A stretch of DNA of 64,000 bases from Anthoceros angustus (taxonomy: Eukaryota; Plantae; Anthocerotophyta). Within the stretch, counting starts at the first letter, position 1. Every line of letters begins with the position of its first letter. Both the position numbers and the translations under genes were made by a program. Of this stretch, positions 26,223 through 38,031 are shown one piece after another. Location: positions 1 to 64,000 of the forward strand of contig VJWM01000223.1 in the NCBI GenBank assembly GCA_010909165.1. The letters run 5' to 3'. The notes beneath the pieces are model-generated. The model saw nothing but the letters and a program-made list of their open reading frames with translations, had not been told where the DNA came from and ran no database searches.

Positions 26223-26748
26223 AGCTCTTCTTATCTACTTTGTTGTCCCACCACATCGTAGGGTCGGAAAAATTGTTGCCACAAGAGCTCCCGCCCGGCC
26301 ACGACCATCGTGGAAAATCCTTCCCCACCCACACACTTTCGAAGGTGGAAGTCTTTGGGTTGCTCATCTTCTTTGCACAGGTTTGGCTGGTTACGATGCT
26401 TGACCCTTGAGGTGGCGTGCGTGGGAGCTCCTTGTAGAATCCACCTCGCTCGCCACTTTGTTGGGTCCACAAGGGATCCGGTTTCCATATTGTAGCCACG
26501 TTACGGGCACCGCCCTCGAAAGATGGAGTGAGGCGGACACAAACTACCTATGAGCGTGATAGATCGGCCGGAGGACACATGCCCTTCATGCACACCTCCC
26601 TTCCGGATCTGAGGCTAGTTTGCAACGGCCATCTGCAACTTTGCTCATCCTGGGCGAAAACTCCAACTTGGGCAGCAAGCTTGCGAGGCCTTGGTGGAAA
26701 GCTAGTTTGTGTGTGTGGCCTTGACCGCCTCACATTGCACTGCAATCA
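26223..26748 (-). pseudogene. OSB-PPR gene fragment, partial first copy cut by LTR end at 26222
   Basis: Contains LLWQQFF and DPTMWWDNKVDKKS, then the sequence switches to LTR. Confidence 0.6.
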
Positions 26749-27084
26749 AGGCCAAGGAACTTGGGCCTATGTACATAGGTATATCTTGATGTACCTATAT
26801 TATTGTCGAAGACCAAGGAACGTGGGGCTATATATGTATATGTTATATAAGTTACTTATATTATTGATAATCTTTGAGAAAAAATTTCATCCTAAGATTA
26901 TATAATAATTTTCATGATATAAATTACCGAGAACCAAGGAACATTAGGCTATCTATATATGCAAGTATATAGGTTGTTTTATTATTGCACAATCGCTGAT
27001 AGTTTTACAAAAGCTTGGTGGAAAGCTAGTTTCGCGAGTATTAAAAACCAAGCTAGCTAGTTTGTGTGAGAGTACCGAAAAACA

Positions 27085-28062
27085 ATGGACATGAATAATA
27101 CTGCCTATGCTCTCAATTCACGACATTTGCCCCAGTTGCGAAGATAGATGAAGGCGTCTGCGGAAATATTCAGGTTTAATCATGATATAATTAAAATTAT
27201 ACCTCTTGACAACGAGGGTGAGGAGCAACATCTTGAAGCGATAAACAATGAATTCGATCGCAGAGACTTTGGCCACCTTACAAGATCAGAGGCTCCTTTT
27301 GCTGCACTAATTCTTATGCAACAAATCCCATGCAATATGGGAAGGACCACTCTTTTCGAGTTTATTATTGCTAAGGCGCCGGTCGTGTCCTATGCAACAA
27401 GGTTTCCTCTAGAGTATCCACCTTGTCAAAGGTTCGGGATGATTGTACAAGAGGAGGCTGGGATTCCTTTGTCAAAATTCCAATTTTCACACAATGCGAA
27501 ATCAAAAGCATGTTATTGCAAGTAACTCTTGCTTTACACGTAGCACAAAAGCTTATGGATTCGAGCATCGTGACCTCCATACAAAAATATTCTTTTGACT
27601 TATCGAGATCAACAAAGTGTTGAATTCTATACCGTATGCAATAGAAAGAAAAAATCAAAACATACGGAATAAGGGTATCTATAATAGATTTCGGATTATC
27701 ACGTATGCAACGTGATACACAAGTCCTATTTAGCAAAGTGGCAAAATTTGAGCCGAGGATATCATTTCTGCACTTGGAATCGTGTGCACGAAATTGTGGG
27801 CTCAAATTGGGACCATAGTTTCCCTAAGATCAATGCGATATGGATCAATTATCTAACTCAAGTCGTTGCTGCAAAGCAGTTGAAAACCAAGAATTGCCCC
27901 TAAATTGCCTTCAACAATTATTTGCTTTTCTTTTGACGAGTAACATTGTGTAACAATGAGAGATTGGAAGAGACCGGTTTTCAAGACATGTGGCTAAAAG
28001 AAATGTCGAGTGAAGTCAAACTACATTCTAATTCTTATTCAAAAGTTAAGATGACATTGTAA
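27085..28062 (+). CDS. Haspin-like protein kinase, copy 1 (frameshifted in assembly)
   Basis: Consensus over copies: KIDEGASAEIFRFNHDIIKIIPLD ... INNEFLIA ... IKSMLLQVTLALHVAQKAYGFEHRDLHTK(N)ILL ... VSIIDFGLSRM ... WDHSFPKINAIWINYL ... DRFFEDMWL...MTL*. Matches Haspin hallmarks (FEHRDLHWGN, IIDF/YTLSR, W..SF..N.LWL.YL, DPFF.DM). Confidence 0.8.
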
Positions 28063-28437
28063 CCCAACGGTGAATTAGACGTACACTAAAGGTCGAGTGC
28101 ATAATTCCTTGCATTTTCTCTCAAAAGAATCCCTTGTATTCTCATTTTCACAAGGATAAGGTAAGAGGGCAGCTAGATGCAATAATTCCTTTTTCGATTC
28201 CTTGATAAAAAGAAAGTTGGGCGAGAGACTTTCTTCACTATAGCCATTAATTTTTATAAGTGTAAATAATTTTACAATTTTCAAACACGTGAATTTTTAT
28301 CTTCAAAGATCTAGTAATGTCATCGAGTTCTCTAGTTTGGTATGGTGGTTAGATCTCGTTCCCGCCCTGTGTCTGAATGATCGCACTATCCAAATACTCT
28401 AACCTGCACTTCCTTTGAGGAGTGACACGTTTCTCGC

Positions 28438-28669
28438 CATGAATTCATTGGATGGAACTCTGTGGTTAAGCAACCCTTCGGCTAGAACGCTACTGAGATG
28501 GGGTACCACTCACCTACCCAATTGCTCCGGGCCCTTGAAGTGACACAGAAGCCATGAGTTCATTGGCACTCCGTGGTTAAGCAACCCTCCGGTGCCCAAT
28601 TGCTCCTAGCCATGGCCCTTGGTGGCTCTGTTGATACCGTGAGCGTTCATTGGCACTCGTGGTCAAGTG
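28438..28669. repeat. Three imperfect ~90-115 bp repeats (ttcattgg...cgtggttaagcaaccc...cccaattgctcc), present in every full unit
   Basis: Motif starts at ~28444, ~28559, ~28646. The third copy is cut at the array junction but continues in the last unit (59848-59930). Confidence 0.8.
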
Positions 28670-30085
28670 GCGCAAAAGTCACATGCACTTCTGCCGGATT
28701 CCAAGTCGAGGCAAATGCACAAGCTTGAAAGACAGCCACAAAGCCGTGAGCATCCGCCTTCACACGATCTCGCATGTCATGATGCAGTGTATGGCCTCTT
28801 CAGTTTCCCATGTTCGAGTAAGCGGTGATGATGGAAAACCACATGAAGGCATATGGTTTCCCTACGTGAACACATCCATGGCCTCCTGACCTACCTCCAC
28901 TTGCATACATGCGCAACAAATGGTTCGCCAAGTATGCATGCGACTCTCCAAGTTTGTGATGATCATGAACTCGTCGCCCCACAAACAAATCCTTCACGGC
29001 TGCACATAGTTTTAACACATATACGAGACGGGAAATAGGACAATTTGCCAAGCCCGGAGATTCCGAGGCTGCGGCCTCGATAAGCTTCCCTGGCGGCGTA
29101 ACGTGATCACGGCGGTATTCTGCCATTTCCGATCTCACCGCGCTGCCGACCTCACGATTATCCGGAGCTCGGTGCAAGGAGACTCGAAGGATCGTGGGCG
29201 ACCCTGGAAAGAGGAGAGGAGAGGAGAGGAGGAGGCAAGGTAGCTCTCTCACATTGAGATGAGGCTTGGAGGTATTTATACCCTCCAGGCTCCTAGGAAG
29301 CTCCACAAGAAGCTCCTAGGAAGGAGCACAAGAAGCTTCCTAGTGATTAGCTTAAGCTAAACTAATGATACTTAACGACACCTAACTTAGACTAAGTGTA
29401 TTGGTCTAAGTACATTGCTTTAATACCCTTACGGACTCGCCATGAGCCATGTGCATATCCAAAGCAGCTGCTCGTCCACCCAAGTTGGCTTGAACATCTT
29501 TGTTTAACGAGGACCTCGCTCGCCACTTTGTTGTCCCACCACATCGTAGGGTCGGAAAAATTGTTGCCACAAGAGCTCTTCTTATCTACTTTGTTGTCCC
29601 ACCACATCGTAGGGTCGGAAAAATTGTTGCCACAAGAGCTCCCTCCCGCCACGACCATCGTGGAAAATCCTTCCCCACCCACACACTTTCGAAGGTGGAA
29701 GTCTGGGTTGCTCATCTTCTGGAGGTTTGGCTGGTTACCGGTGCTTGACCCGAGGTGGCGTGCGTGGGAGCTCCTTGTAGAATCCACCTCGCTCGCCACT
29801 TTGTTGGGTCCACAAGGGATCCGGTTTCCATATTGTAGCCACGTTACGGGCACCGCCCTCGAAGATGGAGCCGAGGCGGACACAAACTACCTATGGTGAT
29901 AGATCGGCGGAGGACACATGCCCTTCATGCACACCTCCCTTCCGGATCTGACTAGTTTGCAACCGCCATCTTGCAACTGCTCATCCTGGGCGAAACTCCA
30001 ACTTGGGCAGCAAGCTTGCGAGGCTCCTTTTGCTGCACTTGGAATCGTGTGCGAAATTGACCGCCTCACATTGCACCACCTGGAA
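28670..30085 (-). pseudogene. OSB (PDF-motif)-PLS PPR fusion fragment, copy A, solo-LTR interrupted and 3'-truncated
   Basis: PDF motif consensus WQQFF.DPTMWWDNKVDKKSS.PDF.K.S.E.L...PTWVDEQL, upstream of PPR motifs VY.VLKLCAAVKDLFVGRRVH / LANHLLRMYASGGRLQEAMDVF / WFSIITAYSKHGKPEEAIHLYHDMRRSGVKAD / FVAVFQACA..DLESGREVH. Confidence 0.75.
29186..29433 (-). mobile_element. ~250 bp solo LTR with 5 bp TSD GACTC (representative; present in 8 units)
   Basis: GACTC at 29181-29185 and 29434-29438. Ends resemble TG(T)AAGG...CCTTAC(A), garbled at CWG. Internal minus-strand TATAAATA (29273-29280) followed by a CT-rich tract. Absent, with a single GACTC, at 42463 and 57340. Confidence 0.65.
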
Positions 30086-30422
30086 GGCCAAGGAACTTGG
30101 GCCTATGTACATAGGTATATCTTGATGTACCTATATTATTGTCGAAGACCAAGGAACGTGGGGCTATATATATATATGTTATATAAGTTACTTATATTAT
30201 TGATAATCTTTGAGAAAAAATTTCATCCTAAGATTATATAATAATTTTCATGATATAAATTACCGAGAACCAAGGAACATTAGGCTATCTATATATGCAA
30301 GTATATAGGTTGTTTTTATTATTGCACAATCGCTGATAGTTTTACAAAAGCTTGGTGGAAAGCTAGTTTCGCAGAGTATTAAAAACCAAGCTAGCTAGTT
30401 TGTGTGAGAGTACCGAAAAACA

Positions 30423-31405
30423 ATGGACATGAATAATACTGCCTATGCTCTCAATTCACGACATTTGCCCCAGATTGCGAAGATAGATGAAGGCGTCTGC
30501 GGAAATATTCAGTTTAATCATGATATAATTAAAATTATACCTCTTGACAACGAGCGTGAGGAGCAACATCTTGAAGCGATAAACAATGAATTACGATCGC
30601 GAGACTTTGGCCACCTTACAAGATCAGAGGCTCCTTTTGCTGCACTAATTCTTATGCAACAAATCCCATGCAATATGGGAAGGACCACTCTTTTCCGAGT
30701 TTATTATTGCTAAGGCGCCAGTGTCCTATGCAACAAGGTTTCCTCTAGAGTATCCACCTTGTCAAAGGTTCGGGATGATTGTACAAGAGGAGGCTGGGAT
30801 TCCTTTGTCAAAATTCCAATTTCACACAATGCGGAAATCAAAAGCATGTTATTGCAAGTAACTCTTGCTTTACACGTAGCACAAAAGCTTATGGATTCGA
30901 GCATCGTGACCTCCATACAAAAATATTCTTTTGACTTATCGAGATCAACAAAGTGTTGAATTCTATACCGTATGCAATAGAAAGAAAAAATCAAAACATA
31001 CTAATAAGGGTATCTATAATAGATTTCGGATTATCACGTATGCAACGTGATACACAAGTCCTATTTAGCAAAGTGGCAAAATTTGAGCCGAGGGATATCA
31101 TTTGCTGCACTTGGAATCGTGTGCACGAAATTGTGGGCTCAAATTGGGACCATAGTTTCCCTAAGATCAATGCGATATGGATCAATTATCTAACTCAAGT
31201 CGTTGCTGCAAAGCAGTTGAAAACCAAGAATTGCCCCTAAATTGCCTTCAACAATTATTTGCTTTTCTTTTGAATGAGTAACATTGTGTAACACAACAGC
31301 AGAGATTGGAAGAGACCGGTTTTCGAAGACATGTGGCTAAAAGAAATGTCGAGTGAAGTCAAACTACATTCTAATTCTTATTCAAAAGTTAAGATGACAT
31401 TGTAA
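30423..31405 (+). CDS. Haspin-like protein kinase, copy 2
   Basis: Same motifs as copy 1; ORFs 30423..30713, 30759..30959, 30953..31240. Confidence 0.8.
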
Positions 31406-32002
31406 CCCAACGGTGAATTAGACGTACACTAAAGGTCGAGTGCATAATTCCTTGCATTTTCTCTCAAAAGAATCCCTTGTATTCTCATTTTCACAAGGAT
31501 AAGGTAAGAGGGCAGCTAGATGCAATAATTCCTTTTCGATTCCTTGATAAAAAGAAAGTTGGGCGAGACTTTCTTCACTATAGCCATTAATTTTTATAAG
31601 TGTAAATAATTTTACAATTTTCAAACACTGTGAATTTTTATCTTCAAAGATCTAGTAATGTCATCGAGTTCTCTAGTTTGGTATGGTGGTTAGATCTCGT
31701 TCCATACATGCGAATGATCGCACTATCCAAATACTCTAACCGCACTTCCTTTGAGGAGTGACACGTTTATCGCAATGAATTCATTGGATGGAACTCGTGG
31801 TTAAGCAACCCTTGGCTAGAACGCTCGAGATGGGGTACCACTCACCTACCCAATTGCTCGGGCCCTTGAAGTGACACGAAGCCATGAGTTCATTGGCACT
31901 CCGTGGTTAAGCAACCCTCCGGTGCCCAATTGCTCCTAGCCATGGCCCTTGGTGGCTGTTGATACCGTGAGAACGCGTTCATTGGCACTCCGTGGTCAAG
32001 TG

Positions 32003-33370
32003 GCGCAAAAGTCACATGCACTTCTCTGCGGATTCCAAGTCCGAGGCAAATGCACAAGCTTGAAAGACAGCCACAAAGCCGTGAGCATCCGCCTTCACAC
32101 GATCTCGCATGTCATGGTGTGTATGGCCTCTTCAGTTTCCCATGTTCGAGTAAGCGGTGATGATGGAAAACCACATGAAGGCATATGGTTTCCCTACGGT
32201 GAACACATCCATGGCCTCCTGCACCTACCTCCACTTGCATACATGCGCAACAAATGGTTCGCCAAGTATGCATGCGACTCGTACCAAGTTTGTGATAAGA
32301 TCATGAACTCGTCGCCCACAAACAAATCCTTCACAGGCTGCACATAGTTTTAACACATATACCGAGGCGGAAATAGGACAATTTTCCAAGCCCGGAGATT
32401 CCGGTACGGCCTCGATAGCTTCCCTGGCGGCGTAGCGTGATCACGGCGGTATTCGACACCCATTTCCGATCCTGCCACGCCCGGCCTCACGATTAGCGGA
32501 GCTCGGTGCAAGGAGACTCAAGGATCGTGGCGACCATGTGGTGGAAAGAGGAGAGGAGAGGAGAGGAGGAGGCAGAGTAGCTCTCTCACATTGAGATGAG
32601 GCTTGGAGGTGTTACCTCCACAGGGCTCCTAGGAAGCTCCACAAGAAGCTCCTAGGAAGGAGCACAAGAAGCTTCCTAGTGATTAGCTTAAGCTAAACTA
32701 ATGATACTTAAGACACCTAACTTAGACTAAGTGTATTAGTCTAAGTACATTGCTTTAATACCCTTGACTCGCCATGAGCCATGTGCATATCCAAAGCAGT
32801 GCTCGTCCACCCAAGTTGGCTTGAACATCTTTGTTTAACGAGGACCTCACGGAAATCGGTGAGCTCTTCTTATCTACTTTGTTGTCCCACCACATCGTAG
32901 GGTCCGGAAAAATTGTTGCCACAAGAGCTCCGCTCGCCACGACCATCATGGAAAATCCTTCCCCACACACTTTCGAAGGTGGAAGTCTTTGGGTTGCTCA
33001 TCTTCTGGAGGTTTGGCTGGTTACGTGCTTGACCCGAGGTGGCGTGCGTGGGAGCTCCTTGTAGAATCCACCTCGCTCGCCACTTTGTTGGGTCCACAAG
33101 GGATCCGGTTTCCATATTGTAGCCACGTTACAGGCACCGCCTCGAAAGATGGAGCCGAGGCGGACACAAACTACCTATGAGCGTGATAGATCGGCCGGAG
33201 GACACATGCCCTTCATGCACACCTCCCTTCCGGATCTGACGCTAGTTTGCAACCGCCATCGCAACTGCTCATCCTGGGCGAAACTCCAACTTGGGCAGCA
33301 AGCTGCGAGGCTCCTTTTGCTGCACTTGGAATCGTGTGCGAAATTGACTGCCCTCACATTGCACCTGGCA
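32003..33370 (-). pseudogene. OSB-PPR fragment, copy B (with solo LTR)
   Basis: Same motifs as copy A. Confidence 0.7.
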
Positions 33371-33703
33371 AGGCCAAGGAACTTGGGCCTATGTACATAG
33401 GTATATCTTGATTACCTATATTATTGTCGAAGACCAAGGAACGATGGGGCTATATATATATATGTTATATAAGTTACTTATATTATTGATAATCTTTGAA
33501 AAATTTCATCCTAAGATTATATAATAATTTTCATGATATAAATTACGAGAACCAAGGAACATTAGGCTATCTATATATGCAAGTATATAGGTTGTTTTAT
33601 TATTGCACAATCGCTGATAGTTTTACAAAAGCTTGGTGGAAAGCTAGTTTCGCAGAGTATTAAAAACCAAGCTAGCTAGTTTGTGTGAGAGTACCGAAAA
33701 ACA

Positions 33704-34691
33704 ATGGACATGAATAATACTGCCTATGCTCTCAATTCACGACATTTGCCCCAGTTGCGAAGATAGATGAAGGCGCGTCTGCGGAAATATTCAGGTTTAA
33801 TCATGATATAATTAAAATTATACCTCTTGACAACGAGCGTGAGGAGCAACATCTTGAAGCGATAAACAATGAATTCGATCGCGAGACTTTGGCCACCTTA
33901 CAAGATGCAGAGGCTCCTTTTGCTGCACTAATTTCTTATGCAACAAATCCCATGCAATATGGGAAGGACCACTCTTTTCCGAGTTTATTATTGCTAAGGC
34001 GCCAGTGGGTGTCCTATGCAACAAGGTTTCCTCTAGAGTATCCACCTTGTCAAAGGTTCGGGATGATTGTACAAGAGGAGGTGGGATTCCTTTGTCAAAA
34101 TTCCAATTTCACACAATGCGGAAATCAAAAGCATGTTATTGCAAGTAACTCTTGCTTTACGTAGCACAAAAGCTTATGGATTCGAGCATCGTGACCTCCA
34201 TACAAAAATATTCTTTTGACTTATCGAGATCAACAAAGTGTTGAATTCTATACCGTATGCAATAGAAAGAAAAAATCAAAACATACGGAATAAGGATATC
34301 TATAATAGATTTGGATTATCACGTATGCAACGTGATACACAAGTCCTATTTAGCAAAGTGGCAAAATTTGAGCCGAGGGATATCATTTGCGCTGCACTTG
34401 GAATCGTGTGCACGAAATTGTGGGCTCAAATTGGGACCATAGTTTCCCTAAGATCAATGCGATATGGATCAATTATCTAACTCAAGTCGTTGCTGCAAAG
34501 CAGTTGAAAACCAAGAATTGCCCCTAAATTGCCTTCAACAATTATTTGCTTTTCTTTGGACGAGTAACATTGTGTAACACAACAGCGAGATTGGAAGAGA
34601 CCAGTTTTTCGAAGACATGTGGCTAAAAGAAATGTCGAGTGAAGTCAAACTACATTCTAATTCTTATTCAAAAGTTAAGATGACATTGTAA
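33704..34691 (+). CDS. Haspin-like protein kinase, copy 3
   Basis: Same motifs; shows GAAGGCGCGTCTGCGGAA (EGASAE) in frame. Confidence 0.8.
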
Positions 34692-35299
34692 CCCAACGGT
34701 GAATTAGACGTACACTAAAGGTCGAGTGCATAATTCCTTGCATTTTCTCTCAAAAGAATCCCTTGTATTCTCATTTTCACAAGGATAAGGTAAGAGGGCA
34801 ACTAGATGCAATAATTCCTTTTTCGATTCCTTGATAAAAAGAAAGTTGGGCGAGAGACTTTCTTCACTATAGCCATTAATTTTTATAAGTGTAAATAATT
34901 TTTACATTTTTCAAAGACTGTGAATTTTTATCTTCAAAGATCTAGTAATGTCATCGAGTTCTCTAGTTTGGTATGGTGGTTAGATCTCGTTCCCGCCCTG
35001 TGTCTGAATGATTGCACTATCCAAATACTCTAACCTGCACTTCTTTTGAGGAGTGACACGTTTGTCGCAATGAATTCATTGGATGGAACTCTGTGGTTAA
35101 GCAACCCTTCGGCTAGAATGCTACTGAGATGGGGTACCACTCACCTACCCAATTGCTCCGGGCCCTTGAAGTGACACGAAGCCATGAGTTCATTGGCACT
35201 CCGTGGTTAAGCAACCCTCCGGTGCCCAATTGCTCCTAGCCATGGCCCTTGGTGGCTCTGTTGTAATCGTGAGCGTTCATTGGCACTCGTGGTCAAGTG

Positions 35300-36705
35300 G
35301 CGCAAAAGTCACGATGCACTTCTCTGCGGATTCAAGTCGAGGCAAATGCACAAGCTTGAAAGACAGCCACAAAGCCGTGAGCATCCGCCTTCACACACGA
35401 TCTCGCATGTCATGGTGCAGTGTATGGCCTCTTCGGGTTTCCCATGTTCGAGTAAGCGGTGATGATGGAAAACCACATGAAGGCATATGGTTTCCCTACG
35501 GTGAACACATCCATGGCCTCCTGCACCTACCTCCACTTGCATACATGCGCAACAAATGGTTCGCCAAGTATGCATGCGACTCGTACCAAGTTTGTGATAA
35601 GATCATGAACTCGTCGCCCCACAAACAAATCCTTCACAGGCTGCACATAGTTTTAACACAACATATACGAGGCGGAAATAGGACAATTTTCCAAGCCCGG
35701 AGATTCGAGCTGCGGCCTCGATAAGCTTCCCTGGCGTAGCGTGATCACGGCGGTATTCGACACCCATTTCCGATCCTGCGCTGCCGACCTCACGATTAGC
35801 GGAGAGCTCGGTGCAAGGAGACTCGAAGGATCGTGGGCGCCATCGTGGAAAGAGGAGAGGAGAGGAGAGGAGAGGAGGCAAGAGTAGCTCTCACATTGAG
35901 ATGAGGCTTGGAGGTATTTATACCCTCAGAGTCCAGGCTCACAAGAAGCTCCTAGGAAGGAGCACAAGAAGCTTCCTAGTGATTAGCTTAAGCTAAACTA
36001 ATGATACTTAAGACACCTAACTTAGACTAAGTGTATTAGTCTAAGTACATTGAGCTTTAATACCCTTACGGACTCGCCATGAGCCATGTGCATATCCAAA
36101 GCAGCTCGTCCACCCAAGTTGGCTTGAACATCTTTGTTTAACCAGAGGACACATGCCCTTCATGCACACCTCCCTTCCGGAAATCGTGAGGAGCTCTTCT
36201 TATCTCGTTGTCCCACCACATCGTAGGGTCGGAAAAATTGTTGCCACAAGAGCTCCTGCTCGCCACGACCATCATTGGAAAATCCTTCCCCACCCACACA
36301 CTTTCGAAGGTGGAAGTCTTTGGGTTGCTCATCTTCTGGAGGTTTGGCTGGTTACGTGCTTGACCCAGCGAGGTGACGTGCGTGGGAGCTCCTTGTAGAA
36401 TCCACCTCGCTCGCCACTTTGTTGGGTCCACAAGGGATCCGGTTTCCATATTGTAGCCACGTTACAGGCACCGCCCTCGAAGATGGAGCCGAGGCGGACA
36501 CAAACTACCTATGAGCGTGATAGATCGGCCGGAGGACACATGCCCTTCATGCACACCTCCCTTCCGGATCTGACGCTAGTTTGCAACTTTGGCCATCGCA
36601 ACTGCTCATCCTGGGCGAAAACTCCAACTTGGGCAGCAAGCTTCTGAGGCCTTGGTGATCATGGGGCATTTGCGAAATTGACCGCCTCACATTGCACCAC
36701 TGCAA
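35300..36705 (-). pseudogene. OSB-PPR fragment, copy C (with solo LTR)
   Basis: Same motifs as copy A. Confidence 0.7.
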
Positions 36706-37041
36706 GGCCAAGGAACTTGGGCCTATGTACATAGGTATATCTTGATGTACCTATATTATTGTCGAAGACCAAGGAACGATGGGGCTATATATGTATATGT
36801 TATATAAGTTACTTATATTATTGATAATCTTTGAGAAAAATTTCATCCTAAGATTATATAATAATTTTCATGATATAAATTACCGAGAACCAAGGAACAT
36901 TAGGCTATCTATATATGCAAGTATATAGGTTGTTTTATTATTGCACAATCGCTGATAGTTTTACAAAAGCTTGGTGGAAAGCTAGTTTCGCAGAGTATTA
37001 AAAACCAAGCTAGCTAGTTTGTGTGAGAGTACCGAAAAACA

Positions 37042-38031
37042 ATGGACATGAATAATACTGCCTATGCTCTCAATTCACGACATTTGCCCCAGTTGCGAAG
37101 ATAGATGAAGGCGCGTCTGCGGAAATATTCAGTTTAATCATGATATAATTAAAATTATACCTCTTGACAACGAGCGTGAGGAGCAACATCTTGAAGCGAT
37201 AAACAATGAATTCTTGATCGCATAGACTTTGGCCACCTTACAAGATGCAGAGGCTCCTTTTGCTGCACTAATTTCTTATGCAACAAATCCCATGCAATAT
37301 GGGAAGGACCACTCTTTTCCGAGTTTATTATTGCTAAGGCGCCGGTGGGTGTCCTATGCAACAAGGTTTCCTCTAGAGTATCCACCTTGTCAAAGGTTCG
37401 GGATGATTGTACAAGAGGAGGCTGGGATTCCTTTGTCAAAATTCCAATTTCACACAATGCGAAATCAAAAGCATGTTATTGCAAGTAACTCTTGCTTTAC
37501 ACGTAGCACAAAAGCTTATGGATTCGAGCATCGTGACCTCCATACAAAAATATTCTTTTGACTTATCGGAGATCAACAAAGTGTTGAATTCTATACCGTA
37601 TGCAATAGAAAGAAAAAATCAAAACATACGGAATAAGGGTATCTATAATAGATTTGGATTATCACGTATGCAACGTGATACACAAGTCCTATTTAGCAAA
37701 GTGGCAAAATTTGAGCCGAGGGATATCATTTGCGCTGCACTTGGAATCGTGTGCACGAAATTGTGGGCTCAAATTGGGACCATAGTTTCCCTAAGATCAA
37801 TGCGATATGGATCAATTATCTAACTCAAGTCGTTGCTGCAAAAGCAGTTGAAAACCAAGAATTGCCCCTAAATTGCCTTCAACAATTATTTGCTTTTCTT
37901 TGGACGAGTAACATTGTGTAACACAACAGAGATTGGAAGAGACCGGTTTTCAAGACATGTGGCTAAAAGAAATGTCGAGTGAAGTCAAACTACATTCTAA
38001 TTCTTATTCAAAAGTTAAGATGACATTGTAA
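37042..38031 (+). CDS. Haspin-like protein kinase, copy 4
   Basis: ORF 37229..37561 ends KAYGFEHRDLHTK. Confidence 0.8.

Noticed and set aside
28438-28669. CRISPR-like repeat-spacer pattern
   Set aside because: Only three degenerate repeats with related 'spacers', a eukaryotic context and no cas genes.
29273-29280. TATA box plus CT tract as the native PPR promoter
   Set aside because: It lies inside a GACTC-flanked insert absent from two units, so it is better explained as an LTR promoter.
29340-29415. Helitron 3' hairpin/CTAG implying the unit is a Helitron concatemer
   Set aside because: The hairpin is inside the solo-LTR-like insert, and the true unit junction is ~700 bp away with no TC...CTRR ends.
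29396-29899. 167 aa plus-strand ORF with internal repeat
   Set aside because: Antisense to the OSB PDF motif; the internal repeat is a k-mer patch unique to this unit.
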